DNA of 64,000 nt from Candidatus Eiseniibacteriota bacterium (GTDB taxonomy: Bacteria; Eisenbacteria; RBG-16-71-46; CAIMUX01), in contig JAXLXQ010000008.1 of the NCBI GenBank assembly GCA_046327845.1, positions 37,202 through 101,201 of the forward strand, given 5' to 3'. The translations under genes were made by a program, and so were the position numbers. Below the pieces are notes generated by a model. The model worked only from the letters and a program-made list of their open reading frames with translations, made no database searches and was not told where the DNA came from. Shown in pieces: positions 28,514 to 37,947 of this stretch. Position 1 is the first letter of the stretch. Every line of letters starts with the position of its first letter.

Positions 28514-30063
28514 ATGGACATCCCAGCCAATCATCGCGCCTTCCTCTCCGACCTCGCGCGTCGCGCCATGGTCGAACGCGGTTTCGAACCGGACTTCTCC
28601 TCGCACGCGCGAGCGGAAGTCGCGCGTTCACGGCCGCCGCCGCTCCGGGCGGCGCGCATCCCTCGGGCGCGCCCGCCGCCCCGCCAGCAACGCCGGATCG
28701 AATGTATGCCGCGGGACGCCGCGACCTGCGGAAGCTCCTCTGGTGCTCGATCGACAACGACGACTCGCGCGATCTCGACCAGCTCACCGTCGCGGAGGCA
28801 TTGCCCGACGGAAGCGCGAAGATCCTGGTGGCAGTGGCCGACGTGAGCGAGCGGGTCGCCGACAACTCGGCCGTCAACGAGCACGCCGAGACCAACACCA
28901 CCTCGATCTACACCCCGGCCGAGATCTTTCCCATGCTGCCGGAGGAGCTGTCGACCGATCTGACCTCCCTCAATCCGTCGGTCGATCGCGGCGCGATGGT
29001 AGTCGAGATGACGGTCGACGCCGGGGGCACCGTGGTCCGTTCGACCGTCTACCCGGCGCTGGTTCACAACTACGCCAAGCTGGCCTACCGCTCGGTCGGC
29101 GCCTGGCTCGAGGGCGAGGGCCCGATGCCGGACGCGATCGAGCGGGTGCCCGGTCTGGCCGACAACCTCCGCGTGCAGGACCGGGTGGCGCAGCAGCTCC
29201 AGGCGCGTCGTCACGAGATGGGCGCGCTCCAGCTTCAGACGATCGAGGCGCGCGCGCAGTTTGACGGCGACGCGATCACCGGCCTCGCCTCTGACGATCG
29301 CAACCGCGCCAAGGAGATCATTGCCGACTTCATGATCGCGGCGAACGGCGTCGTCGCGCGCTTCCTCGAGGCGAAGCGATTCCCGGTGATGCGGCGCGTG
29401 GTCCGCTCGCCCGAGCGTTGGCAGCGCATCATGGACATCGCCGATGACTACGGCACCGAGCTGCCGGCGGACCCGGACGCGCGCGCCTTGAACGAGTTCC
29501 TGCTGGCGCGCCGCGCCGCGGATCCGTTGCGCTTCCCCGATCTCTCGCTCTCGGTGATCAAGCTGCTCGGTCGCGGCGAGTACGTGGCGTCGGCCGCCGG
29601 TGAGTCGGTCGACGGGCACTTCGGCCTGGCCCTCAGCGACTACACCCACTCGACCGCGCCCAATCGTCGCTATCCCGATCTGATCACGCAGCGGTTGCTC
29701 AAGGCGGCGCTGGTCGGCGACCCGTCGCCCTACTCGCCGGAGGAGATGGACGACCTCGCGCGGCACTGCACGATGAAGGAGAACGACGCGCAAAAGGTGG
29801 AGCGGCTGATGCGAAAGGCGGCAGCCGCGTGCCTCCTCGCGTCGGAGCGCGGGCGCGAATTCGACGGGCTCATCACCGGCGCCTCGCCCAAGGGCACGTG
29901 GGTGCGAATCTTCGATCCACCGGTCGAAGGGCGGGTCGAGGAGGGGGCTTCCGGACTCGACGTCGGGGATCGCGTGCGGGTGCGGCTGATCCACACCGAC
30001 CCGGAGCGTGGCTTCATCGACTTCGCGCGGGTCTCCCACGCTCGGGTCGGGCGACGACGTTAG
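28514..30063 (+). CDS. RNase II/RNase R-family 3'-5' exoribonuclease (RNB domain plus C-terminal S1), with an apparent -1 frameshift near 28620-28632
   Basis: The N-terminal segment MDIPANHRAFLSDLARRAMVERGFEPDFSSHARAEVA is in frame 2. It continues in frame 1 as ...RDLRKLLWCSIDNDDSRDLDQLTVAE. The RNB motifs are HFGLALSDYTHSTAPNRRYPDLITQRLL. The S1-like C-terminus is GTWVRIFDPPVEGRV...GDRVRVRLIHTDPERGFIDF. Confidence 0.75.
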
Positions 30064-30071
30064 GCGCCGCG

Positions 30072-30812
30072 CTACTCGGCGAAGCGCAGGCTCAACGTTC
30101 CCCAAACCAGGCCGCGGTCGGCATTGACCGCGCGACTGGCTCGCGCCGCGCCCACCGCCGGCGTGATCGCGAGACCCTGCCACGCGAAGGTCGATCCGAG
30201 CGTGGCACCCGCGTCCTGGAAGCCGAAGTCCTGATCCCAATCGCCGAAGCCCACCCAGGGGCTGATGGCCAGGCTGTGATTCGGCCCGATCGCGATCTCG
30301 GGCGCAAAGGAGAGCGAGACGTAGCCGGCATCCCACTGGTCGAAGTCGTAGTAGCCGCGAAGCGCCGGCGAGAGGGTGCCTCCCAATTCGGCGACGACCA
30401 TCGCTTCGGCGGATCGACGGGCTCCCTTCGTTGCGCTCGGAAAGTTGTACAAGGTCGCGCCCGCCGAGAGGTCGATTGCCCGATCGCCCCAGCTCAGATT
30501 GCGCCAGGTGGTGAGGGTTAGATCCACCTCGTCGGTTGCCTGGTGGTTATTGTGGTCGGCCAAGGTGAGCGAGCCCCACGCGTTCAAGCTCACCGGCGCC
30601 TCGCCCCAAGTAACCGTGGCGGTCGGCTGCAGCGTGGGATGATCGACCACCTGGTAGCCGCGCCAGTAGTAGGTCGTGCAGAGATCGAAGCCGACGTCTT
30701 CCCACGCCAGGCGTGTCTCGTCCTGTGCCGCTCCGGAGAACAGGCCGATCGCGACTACGATTGAGGTGAGTGCGAGTCGGCGGCGGATGAACTCAGACAG
30801 GTGATGCGACAT
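30072..30812 (-). CDS. Secreted protein, possible small outer-membrane beta-barrel
   Basis: The signal peptide is LALTSIVVAIGLFSGAAQ. The body has an alternating hydrophobic pattern and many aromatic residues (W, Y, F), and ends LSLRFAE. Confidence 0.45.
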   Translation of the reverse strand: MSHHLSEFIRRRLALTSIVVAIGLFSGAAQDETRLAWEDVGFDLCTTYYWRGYQVVDHPTLQPTATVTWGEAPVSLNAWGSLTLADHNNHQATDEVDLTLTTWRNLSWGDRAIDLSAGATLYNFPSATKGARRSAEAMVVAELGGTLSPALRGYYDFDQWDAGYVSLSFAPEIAIGPNHSLAISPWVGFGDWDQDFGFQDAGATLGSTFAWQGLAITPAVGAARASRAVNADRGLVWGTLSLRFAE

Positions 30813-30959
30813 GGCGTCCCTTTCATTGCATCCTGTGCAAGGGTCGGCGCCGGGTGTCGAGCTTGGCAGGGATCGGGCGGGTTGATCGCGAAGTCGAACG
30901 CTTCGGTTGGGTGCGCGGGGCGGCGCCTCTCAGGCGGCGCCCCGCGCGTTCGTGATTCG

Positions 30960-33041
30960 TCAGCTCCTTGTTTGGTCCTTGGCCGAGATCTGCGCGCGGA
31001 TCTGCTGGCGCAGGGCGTCAGCCTCCGGGTTGCTCGCGCCGGCGGGCGCGACCTCGACCCCCATCTTCTCGGAGAGCAGGAGTGCGAGGAGCGCCTGGAG
31101 CACGTTGTTGCCGCCGCCCAGCCCATCGCCGCCGTTCTCGCCGTGCCCGCCACCGATCACGACCTTCGGCACGACGTCCACCTTCGCGCCTTCGATCGCC
31201 TCGGCGAAGCGGTTCATCACCTGCTGCGTCAGCTGGAAACGCGGGCCGCCGTAGGCACGCACTTGCTCTTCGATCGCGAGCGCCTGCGCCACACCGATGC
31301 GCGCGGCGCGCTCGGCATCGGCCGAGGCCAGGGCGCGGATCTTCTTCGCCTCGCCCTCGCCGAGGAAGCGGGTGCGCTCCGCCTCGGCTTGCGCGAGGGT
31401 CTGGATTCGCGCCGCCTCCTGCTCGGCGCGCGCGAGCTCGGCCTTACCCTGGTTCATCTGCATCGCGATCGAGATCTCCGACTCGGTCAACGCCTGCTGC
31501 TGGCGCGCGCGCGACTCTGCTTCGCGGAGTTCGCGTTCCTTGACCGCCGCCTTCTCCTGGCGGTTGTAGGTCTCGACCTGCTCCTCCGCGATCTGCCGCG
31601 AGCGGAGCTGGGTGAGGATCTGCTCGATCTGGCCGCCACCGGTGCCGGCGGTCGGCGTGCCGATCAGCACCTCCTGCAGCTCCAGGTTGTAGACGGCGAA
31701 GCGCTCCTTCATCTCATCGCCCGCCACCTGCTGAATCGAGGCTCGATCCTGGAGCAGCTCGATCACCGTGCGGGTCTGCGCCACGTTCTTGAAGTAGGCC
31801 GCGACCATCGGGTCGAGGGTCTGCTCGACCAGCCGCTTGATGTCACCGAAGCGCTGCACCACCAGCGGCGCCTTTCGATAGTCGATGTGCACCACCACCG
31901 AAAGAGGCAGCGATGGCTCGAAGGCGTCCTTCGTGATCAGCGCCACCTCCGCCAGGTTCTGGTCGTAGTCCGAGCCCGAGGCCTGGCGCATCCACTTCAA
32001 GATGAAGTTGGTGGTCGGGACCAGCAGCACGCTTCCGGCGTAGGTGTTGAACGCGTACTTGCCCGGCAGAAGCGGATCGCGCCACACGCCGCGAAGCCCG
32101 CTCGCGACCAGCTCTCCGTGGCTGTAGTCCACGCCCGAAACATCCGAGCCGGTCTCTCCGGTGTAGCTCACCACCACGCCGACGCTGCCGACCGGCACCA
32201 CCGTCTTCGGGATCATCTCGACCGTGGCGAAGAGGCGGTTGATGTAATAGGTGCCCTCGACCAGCACCTGAAGCTGACGGCCGCGCTGGCCGTTGGCCGC
32301 GAGGAAGCGCTCCGGGTCCTGGAAGTTGTTGTGGTAGGTCCTCGCTTCGGTCGCGTTCTCGCCGACCGTCGGGGCGATGATCTGTCCCGGCTGAAGCGAC
32401 GGACCGTCGTGCACCGTCACGATGCCGATTAGGTCGTCCTTATCCTTGATCACGATCGGCTCGAAGCCGCGGCGTTCCTTGATCACCTCGGCCATGCGGC
32501 GCAGAACTTCTTCGTCCGACTTCTCGAGCGCGAGCGCGTAGACGCCATCCGAGGTAATGACGACGAACTGCGCCAGGTTGATGGCGTAGGTGCCTTCGCG
32601 CAGGATCACGCGCTGCGGGCCGCGCTGGCCGCCCTTCTGCAAGAACACGCGTACATCCTGGAAGTCGCTGGTGCCCGCCGCGCGGGCCAGGGCCTGGGTC
32701 GCCGGCAGCGGCTCGCCGTCGCGCGCGAAGACGTAGCCGATCTTCCCCTGCGGAATCGTGACCAACGGGATCACGCGAACGCGATACTGAAACGGCGTGA
32801 AGACGTGCAAGCCACCGCGCAACACGTCCGGTTGAAAGCCGGCCTCTCCATTCAGCGCGATGATGCCGGAAGTGATCGATCCCTTGGGGCTCCAGAGCTT
32901 TTCCGCCACCGCCGCCTTGCTGTTCGTCACGTAGCGGAGCATGCCTGAGATCCACACGAACACCATGATCGCGGCCACCGCGATCACGAACAGTCCGACC
33001 AGGCCCGCCTGTGCGAGAAAGGGCGGCAAGACCCACAGCAT
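30960..33041 (-). CDS. Flotillin-like SPFH/band-7 membrane protein (YqiK/FloT-like) with a long C-terminal coiled coil
   Basis: An N-terminal TM helix precedes the SPFH domain. The C-terminus is an E/A/R/Q-rich coiled coil (EAESRARQQQALTESEISIAMQMNQGKAELARAEQEAARIQTLAQAEAERTRFLGEGEAKKIRA). Confidence 0.85.
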   Translation of the reverse strand: MLWVLPPFLAQAGLVGLFVIAVAAIMVFVWISGMLRYVTNSKAAVAEKLWSPKGSITSGIIALNGEAGFQPDVLRGGLHVFTPFQYRVRVIPLVTIPQGKIGYVFARDGEPLPATQALARAAGTSDFQDVRVFLQKGGQRGPQRVILREGTYAINLAQFVVITSDGVYALALEKSDEEVLRRMAEVIKERRGFEPIVIKDKDDLIGIVTVHDGPSLQPGQIIAPTVGENATEARTYHNNFQDPERFLAANGQRGRQLQVLVEGTYYINRLFATVEMIPKTVVPVGSVGVVVSYTGETGSDVSGVDYSHGELVASGLRGVWRDPLLPGKYAFNTYAGSVLLVPTTNFILKWMRQASGSDYDQNLAEVALITKDAFEPSLPLSVVVHIDYRKAPLVVQRFGDIKRLVEQTLDPMVAAYFKNVAQTRTVIELLQDRASIQQVAGDEMKERFAVYNLELQEVLIGTPTAGTGGGQIEQILTQLRSRQIAEEQVETYNRQEKAAVKERELREAESRARQQQALTESEISIAMQMNQGKAELARAEQEAARIQTLAQAEAERTRFLGEGEAKKIRALASADAERAARIGVAQALAIEEQVRAYGGPRFQLTQQVMNRFAEAIEGAKVDVVPKVVIGGGHGENGGDGLGGGNNVLQALLALLLSEKMGVEVAPAGASNPEADALRQQIRAQISAKDQTRS

Positions 33042-33160
33042 TTTTGTCCTCCTTCATCTCGAGGAGCGCGCGGCCAATGCGTGCCCCCACGCCATTGCTT
33101 ACGCGACCGCGCTACGGGCGTTGCTGAAATCCGGGAGGTTTGCTGCGAATTCGGCGCGGG

Positions 33161-35218
33161 CTACTTCTTGAGCCACCTCCCCAACCACGCGAAATTCCTC
33201 TCCATTCGATCGATCCGTCGATCCGGCCGCCCATTGCGCGACATGCCGTGCGGCTCGCCCGGATAGCGCGCGAACTCGCACGGCACGCCCTTCACCTTGA
33301 GCGCGGCCCACAGCTGCTCGGCCTGCTCGATCGGGCAGCGATGGTCCTCTTCCTGGTGCTCGATCAAGGTCGGCGTCTTCATGTTCTTGAGGTAGGTAAG
33401 CGGCGACATCGCGAGGTAGTGCTTGGGATCTTCCCACGGGCCGGCGCTGCCGAACTCCTGCGGCCAGAAGTAGCCGAAGTCGCTCGAGCCGACGAAGCTC
33501 ATCAAGTTCGAGATCGAGCGCTGCGTCATGGCGCAGGCGAAGCGGTCGGTGTGACCGATGATCCAGTTGGTCATGAAGCCGCCGTACGATCCGCCGGCCA
33601 CGCCGACGCGCTTGCGGTCGACGTGCTTCGCCCGCCGAAGCGCGACGTCGGTGAAGGCCATCAAGTCATCGTAGTCGAGCGTGCCCCAGCGATTGACGAT
33701 CGAGTTCAGGTGCTTCTCGCTGTAGCCGGTGCCGCCGCGTGGATTGCAGTAGAAGACGACATAGCCGCGCGCCGCCAGCGCCTGAAACTCGTGAAAGAAG
33801 GCGTTGCAGTACTGCGCCGCCGGTCCGCCGTGGATGTAGAGCAGCGCCGGGTAGCGGCGGTTGGGATTGAGGCCGGGCGGATTGAGGATCCAGCCCTGCA
33901 GACGATTGCGCGAAGGCCCGTCGAACCAGAGTTCCTCCGGCATGGCAATGGCGCGCTCGGAGAGATACTCGACGTTGAACGACGTGCGGACGACGCGATC
34001 CGGTCCAGGCTTTGCCGCATCGCGCTTCGCGCCCTTCTTCGGCTCGAGTGGGAAGGTCACGACCTCGCCGGGATTCTCGAGCGCGTTCAGCGAGGCGTGG
34101 AGTGCGCCCTTCGCGAAGTCGATCGCGTAGTCGGAGATCACGCCCGCGGGGGTGGCGACCGGCTCCGGTTTGCGATCGCGCGGGGAGACGCGCCAGACCT
34201 CGGTGTTCCCTTCGTTCGTCACCTGGAAGTAGACCCAGCGCGAGTCCGGGCTCCAGACCGGCGCGGTGCCGGCGCCGACGCCGCCCGTGTCGGAGATCGA
34301 GGAGTTGCCAACGCCGCGGTCGAGCCGCTCGGTCAGCTCGACCGGTCGGCCGCCGCTCGTCGCGACGACCCAGAGCTTGTCGTGACGTTGATTCCACGGC
34401 TCGTTCGCCGAGCGCTTGCCGACGAACGCGAGCCACTTGCCGTCCGGGCTCGGCGCAGGCGCGTTCGACGGGCCGTCGAAAGTCTTCACCTTCTCGATCT
34501 TTCCGCCCTTGGATGGGACGCGCCAGAGATCGATCCGCATCAGCTCGCGATCCGGCTCGGGCGTGCGATTGGAGGAGAAGTACACCCACCGACCGTCGGG
34601 CGAGAAGGTCGGCTCCGCCTCGTCGTGGGTGTCGCCCTCGGTCAGCGGCCTGGCCTTGCCGGTCTCTGCGTCGACGTTCCATAGATGCGTGCGTGACTTC
34701 GGCAGGAAGCCGACGCCGTCGAGCTTGAAGCAGAGGCGATCGATCGCGCGGACGACCGGCGCTTCGGTCCCGGGAGCGCCCTTCTTCCGGCGCTCCTCGC
34801 GTTCCTTCGACTCCGGATCTTGCGGCGTGAACGCGACGACCAGGCGCTTCCCCTTCGGGTGCCAGGCGAAGTCGGAGATGTACCCCTGCATCTTGGTGAG
34901 CTGTCGAGCCTCGCCGCCGTCGGCGGGGATGATCCAAAGCTCCCCCTTGCCGCTCCGATTCGAGATGAACGCGATCGCGGTGCCATCGGGTGACCAGCGC
35001 GGGCTCGCGTCCGACCCGTTGCCTTGCGTGAACTGACGCGCCGCGTTTTCGCTCGCGTTGAGGTCGATCATCCAGAGGCTGGAGAGGTTGGCGAGCTTGT
35101 CCTTGTCGGCCCGGCCGACGGCCACGACCAGGCGATCGCCGCGCGGCGAGAGGCGCAGCGTCCCGGGCAGGCGCAGGCGGTAGATGTCGTCGGGCTGAAC
35201 CGGCTTCTTCTTCGGCAT
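33161..35218 (-). CDS. S9-family serine peptidase (prolyl oligopeptidase / acylaminoacyl-peptidase type) with an N-terminal beta-propeller
   Basis: The catalytic region reads GVAGGSYGGFMTNW (GxSxG) ... EDHRCP ... GEPHGM. The N-terminal half contains TolB-like WD repeats. The start MPKKKPVQPDD is at 35218. Confidence 0.88.
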   Translation of the reverse strand: MPKKKPVQPDDIYRLRLPGTLRLSPRGDRLVVAVGRADKDKLANLSSLWMIDLNASENAARQFTQGNGSDASPRWSPDGTAIAFISNRSGKGELWIIPADGGEARQLTKMQGYISDFAWHPKGKRLVVAFTPQDPESKEREERRKKGAPGTEAPVVRAIDRLCFKLDGVGFLPKSRTHLWNVDAETGKARPLTEGDTHDEAEPTFSPDGRWVYFSSNRTPEPDRELMRIDLWRVPSKGGKIEKVKTFDGPSNAPAPSPDGKWLAFVGKRSANEPWNQRHDKLWVVATSGGRPVELTERLDRGVGNSSISDTGGVGAGTAPVWSPDSRWVYFQVTNEGNTEVWRVSPRDRKPEPVATPAGVISDYAIDFAKGALHASLNALENPGEVVTFPLEPKKGAKRDAAKPGPDRVVRTSFNVEYLSERAIAMPEELWFDGPSRNRLQGWILNPPGLNPNRRYPALLYIHGGPAAQYCNAFFHEFQALAARGYVVFYCNPRGGTGYSEKHLNSIVNRWGTLDYDDLMAFTDVALRRAKHVDRKRVGVAGGSYGGFMTNWIIGHTDRFACAMTQRSISNLMSFVGSSDFGYFWPQEFGSAGPWEDPKHYLAMSPLTYLKNMKTPTLIEHQEEDHRCPIEQAEQLWAALKVKGVPCEFARYPGEPHGMSRNGRPDRRIDRMERNFAWLGRWLKK

Positions 35219-35361
35219 GGTTGCTCCTTTCGTTCGGCGCGGAGCATAGCGGGTCGCCGCGAGCGGCACGAGAAAAGACCAAGCCGGTGATCGATGAGTT
35301 TGAAGTTTGGAGTGGAGCCCCGCGCCTTGACGCCCTCGGCTCTAACCTTCACCTTCTTCGC

Positions 35362-36366
35362 ATGAACAGAGAGCTATTGGCAGCGCTTCCCAAGGTTGAG
35401 CTTCACCTCCACCTCGAAGGCGCGATCCCTCCGACAGATCTTTGGCCGCTCCTTGCGAAGTACGGCGGCGATCCCGCTGTGCCGACGCCCGAGGCGATCG
35501 CGGAGCGCCTGCGCTTCCGCACCTTTCGTGAGTTCTTGCAGGGGTGGAATTGGAAGAACGGGTTCCTGCGCGAGTACGAGGACTTCACCTGGATCGCCGA
35601 GGCGGTGGCGCGCGATCTCGCACGTCAGCGGATTGTCTACGCGGAGGTTTTCTGCTCGCCGCCGGACTTCGCGCTGGCGCACGGGCTCAAGACGCAGCCG
35701 TTTCTCGCTGCCGTTCGTGCTGGGCTCGATCGCGTGCCGGAGGTCGAGGTCGCGCTGGTCGTGGATCTGGTGCGCGACTACGGAGCGGAGCGGGCGATGC
35801 GCACGCTGCACGAGACCGACGAGGCGCGCGAGTTCGGCGTGATCGGCGTGGGCATCGGCGGATCGGAGCATCGTTATCCCCCGGACTTGTACACCGAGGT
35901 GTATCACGAGGCGCGGCGCCTCGGCTTCTACACCAGCGCACACGCCGGTGAGGCGGCGGGGCCCGAGAGCATGTGGGGCGCAGTCCGCTCCCTCGCGGTG
36001 GATCGCATCGGCCACGGGACACGAGCCGAGGAAGATGACGCTTTGCTCGAGCACCTCCTGGTCGCGCGGACGCCGCTCGAGATGTGCCCGCTATCGAATG
36101 TGCGAACCGGCACGGTCGAGTCGATCGAGAGGCACCCGATTCGCCGCTACTTCGATCGAGGGCTGTTGGTCACCGTGAATACCGACGATCCGGGGATGTT
36201 TGGCAACTCGTTGGTCGAGGAATTCGATCTGCTTGCTGGACAATTCGGATTCGAGGACCGCGAGATCCTGCAGCTGATGCGCAATGCGATTGATGCGTCG
36301 TGGGCGGACGAGGATCGAAAGGTCGAGTTGCACGCGAGGCTGGCGGCCGCGATTCGCGAGGCGTAG
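35362..36366 (+). CDS. add: Adenosine deaminase
   Basis: The metal-binding motifs LPKVELHLHLEG, ...SAHAGE... and ...TVNTDDPGMF are present. The ATG is at 35362. Confidence 0.9.
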   Translation: MNRELLAALPKVELHLHLEGAIPPTDLWPLLAKYGGDPAVPTPEAIAERLRFRTFREFLQGWNWKNGFLREYEDFTWIAEAVARDLARQRIVYAEVFCSPPDFALAHGLKTQPFLAAVRAGLDRVPEVEVALVVDLVRDYGAERAMRTLHETDEAREFGVIGVGIGGSEHRYPPDLYTEVYHEARRLGFYTSAHAGEAAGPESMWGAVRSLAVDRIGHGTRAEEDDALLEHLLVARTPLEMCPLSNVRTGTVESIERHPIRRYFDRGLLVTVNTDDPGMFGNSLVEEFDLLAGQFGFEDREILQLMRNAIDASWADEDRKVELHARLAAAIREA

Positions 36367-36748
36367 TCGAGCGGTCACGACCTGGCGGCGTGGCGGCCTG
36401 CATTTGTCCGAGGCGAAGTCGGCGGGCACGCGGCAATCCTATACAGTTCGCGAGAGTGCGTCTCGAGTGCCGTTCCGGGGCGAGCCGAGGTCACATTGGG
36501 ATCTCTACGCCCGTTCCGGGACAAGTTGAGGTTAACTTGGGGGCGACATACTCCGTGCAGAAGCAGTTGCGGCTCATCGAGTGGAAGTACTAGTCAGGAA
36601 TTCATCCGCTGAAAGGAGTCAGGTCATTTCGAATGAACCACGCATCCTGAATACCTCCCCGATGGATTCCGATCAGCGTTCGTTCTCTCGCCAGTTGAAC
36701 AGACCATAGTTAGTAGTATTCAAGAAAGGAGGGACAACCCGTCCGCCC

Positions 36749-37189
36749 CTACTCCGCCGCCTGCATCGACTCCGCGACCAGCATCCAATCCCCCGCCTCT
36801 GCACGCCGCCACACGCGGAGATATCCCCCCGACTCCGTCCCCGACGTGTAGCTCCCCCAAGTCGCTCCAAGCTCACCGCTCTCCGCCACGAGCGCCCGCA
36901 CCGGCGTCGTCGACACGGCACGGAGAGGTCCAAGTTCGCGCTCACACGCGGTCAGGCCAAGAAACGGCGCATGCCCGCGCCGGAGCAGCCGGCAGTCCGC
37001 CGCCACCCAGCGAGCGCGCGGCTGCCCTTCGCTCGACGCGTCGAACTCGAGGAGAGGCCCCGACTCCGACGCAAAGGTGCGAGTGGAAGCGGCGGGCGCG
37101 TTCACGGTAGCGGGAACGGGAAGCGCCGAGGGGTGGTGATTCCGCCGTCCGCCGCCGCCTTCCAAGAACCGTCCGCCTGCCGCCTCCAC
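36749..37189 (-). CDS. Second DUF4440/NTF2-like domain ORF, possibly the frameshifted continuation of 37102..37845
   Basis: TFASESGPLLEFDASSEGQPRARWVAADCRLL...GGYLRVWRRAEAGDWMLVAESMQ is NTF2-like. It overlaps the upstream ORF by 88 nt in the -1 frame. Confidence 0.45.
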   Translation of the reverse strand: MEAAGGRFLEGGGGRRNHHPSALPVPATVNAPAASTRTFASESGPLLEFDASSEGQPRARWVAADCRLLRRGHAPFLGLTACERELGPLRAVSTTPVRALVAESGELGATWGSYTSGTESGGYLRVWRRAEAGDWMLVAESMQAAE

Positions 37190-37845
37190 ACTGTGAGATA
37201 GACGCCGGCCGCCACGATGCTGTCGCCGGTCGCCTCGGTCCGATAGTGCCAGGGGCCTAGGGTGTAGCCCAACTCACCAGAACGGGCGATATCCGCGGTC
37301 TCCGCCCACCAGCGCAGCGAACCGTCGAGGTCCTCGCGCTTCTCCCAACTCTCGCGCGCGTTGGTCGGCGTCGGTCGGAAGATCACGCCGTCTTCCGCCA
37401 TGAAGGTGAGGAACGCCGCCCGGACTCCGCGGCTCGCCGCATCGGCGCAAAAGGCCTGCTCCACCTCGACCACCGGTCGCACCCGCTCCGAGCCGTCAAG
37501 CACCAGTGCTGCCCTCGCTGAGCCGCCTCCTGCCATCGCCAGCACAGCCATCTCCAGCATGGCCATCGCCGGCGCGGCCATCTCCAGAACGGCCCTCCAG
37601 CTCAGCGTTCGCGCCGATCCAAGCCCAGGTCGCGCAATCGACCGCCTCGATCCCCCGCCGTATATCCACTCGATGACACCCATCGCACGCACTCCACTCC
37701 GGCGCCCTTCGCGGTCCGCCCGCACGGGCTCGAGACGCCGCCGCCATCCCCTCATTGCCGCGCCGCTAGAGGAGCGGGCCGGCGTCGTCCCGAGCGCGTG
37801 CGGGTGGGATGTGGACAGGGTGCGGCGAGCGCCGACCGCCCGCAA
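37102..37845 (-). CDS. DUF4440/NTF2-like (SnoaL-like) domain protein, probably secreted
   Basis: The C-terminal ~120 aa (VEVEQAFCADAASRGVRAAFLTFMAEDGVIFRP...AAGVYLTVWRRQADGSWKAAADGG) are NTF2-like. The upstream part contains signal-like MLEMAVLAMAGGGSARAA. The true start is probably internal. Confidence 0.5.
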   Translation of the reverse strand: MRAVGARRTLSTSHPHALGTTPARSSSGAAMRGWRRRLEPVRADREGRRSGVRAMGVIEWIYGGGSRRSIARPGLGSARTLSWRAVLEMAAPAMAMLEMAVLAMAGGGSARAALVLDGSERVRPVVEVEQAFCADAASRGVRAAFLTFMAEDGVIFRPTPTNARESWEKREDLDGSLRWWAETADIARSGELGYTLGPWHYRTEATGDSIVAAGVYLTVWRRQADGSWKAAADGGITTPRRFPFPLP

Positions 37846-37947
37846 CGCGGGAGGGATGAACCGGTGGTTCGGAGGGACGAGCGGCCCGTTCGGCGCGAGG
37901 AGGCGGTTTGCGGCGCGCGGCCCAGGCCACGCGCCGCCGGCCGTCGG

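Noticed and set aside
28531-30336. 601-aa minus-strand ORF
   Set aside because: It is antisense to the RNase II-family gene.
30801-34684. Plus-strand ORFs of 543 aa and 514 aa opposite the flotillin and S9 peptidase genes
   Set aside because: They are antisense shadows, with R/A/G-rich translations and no domains.
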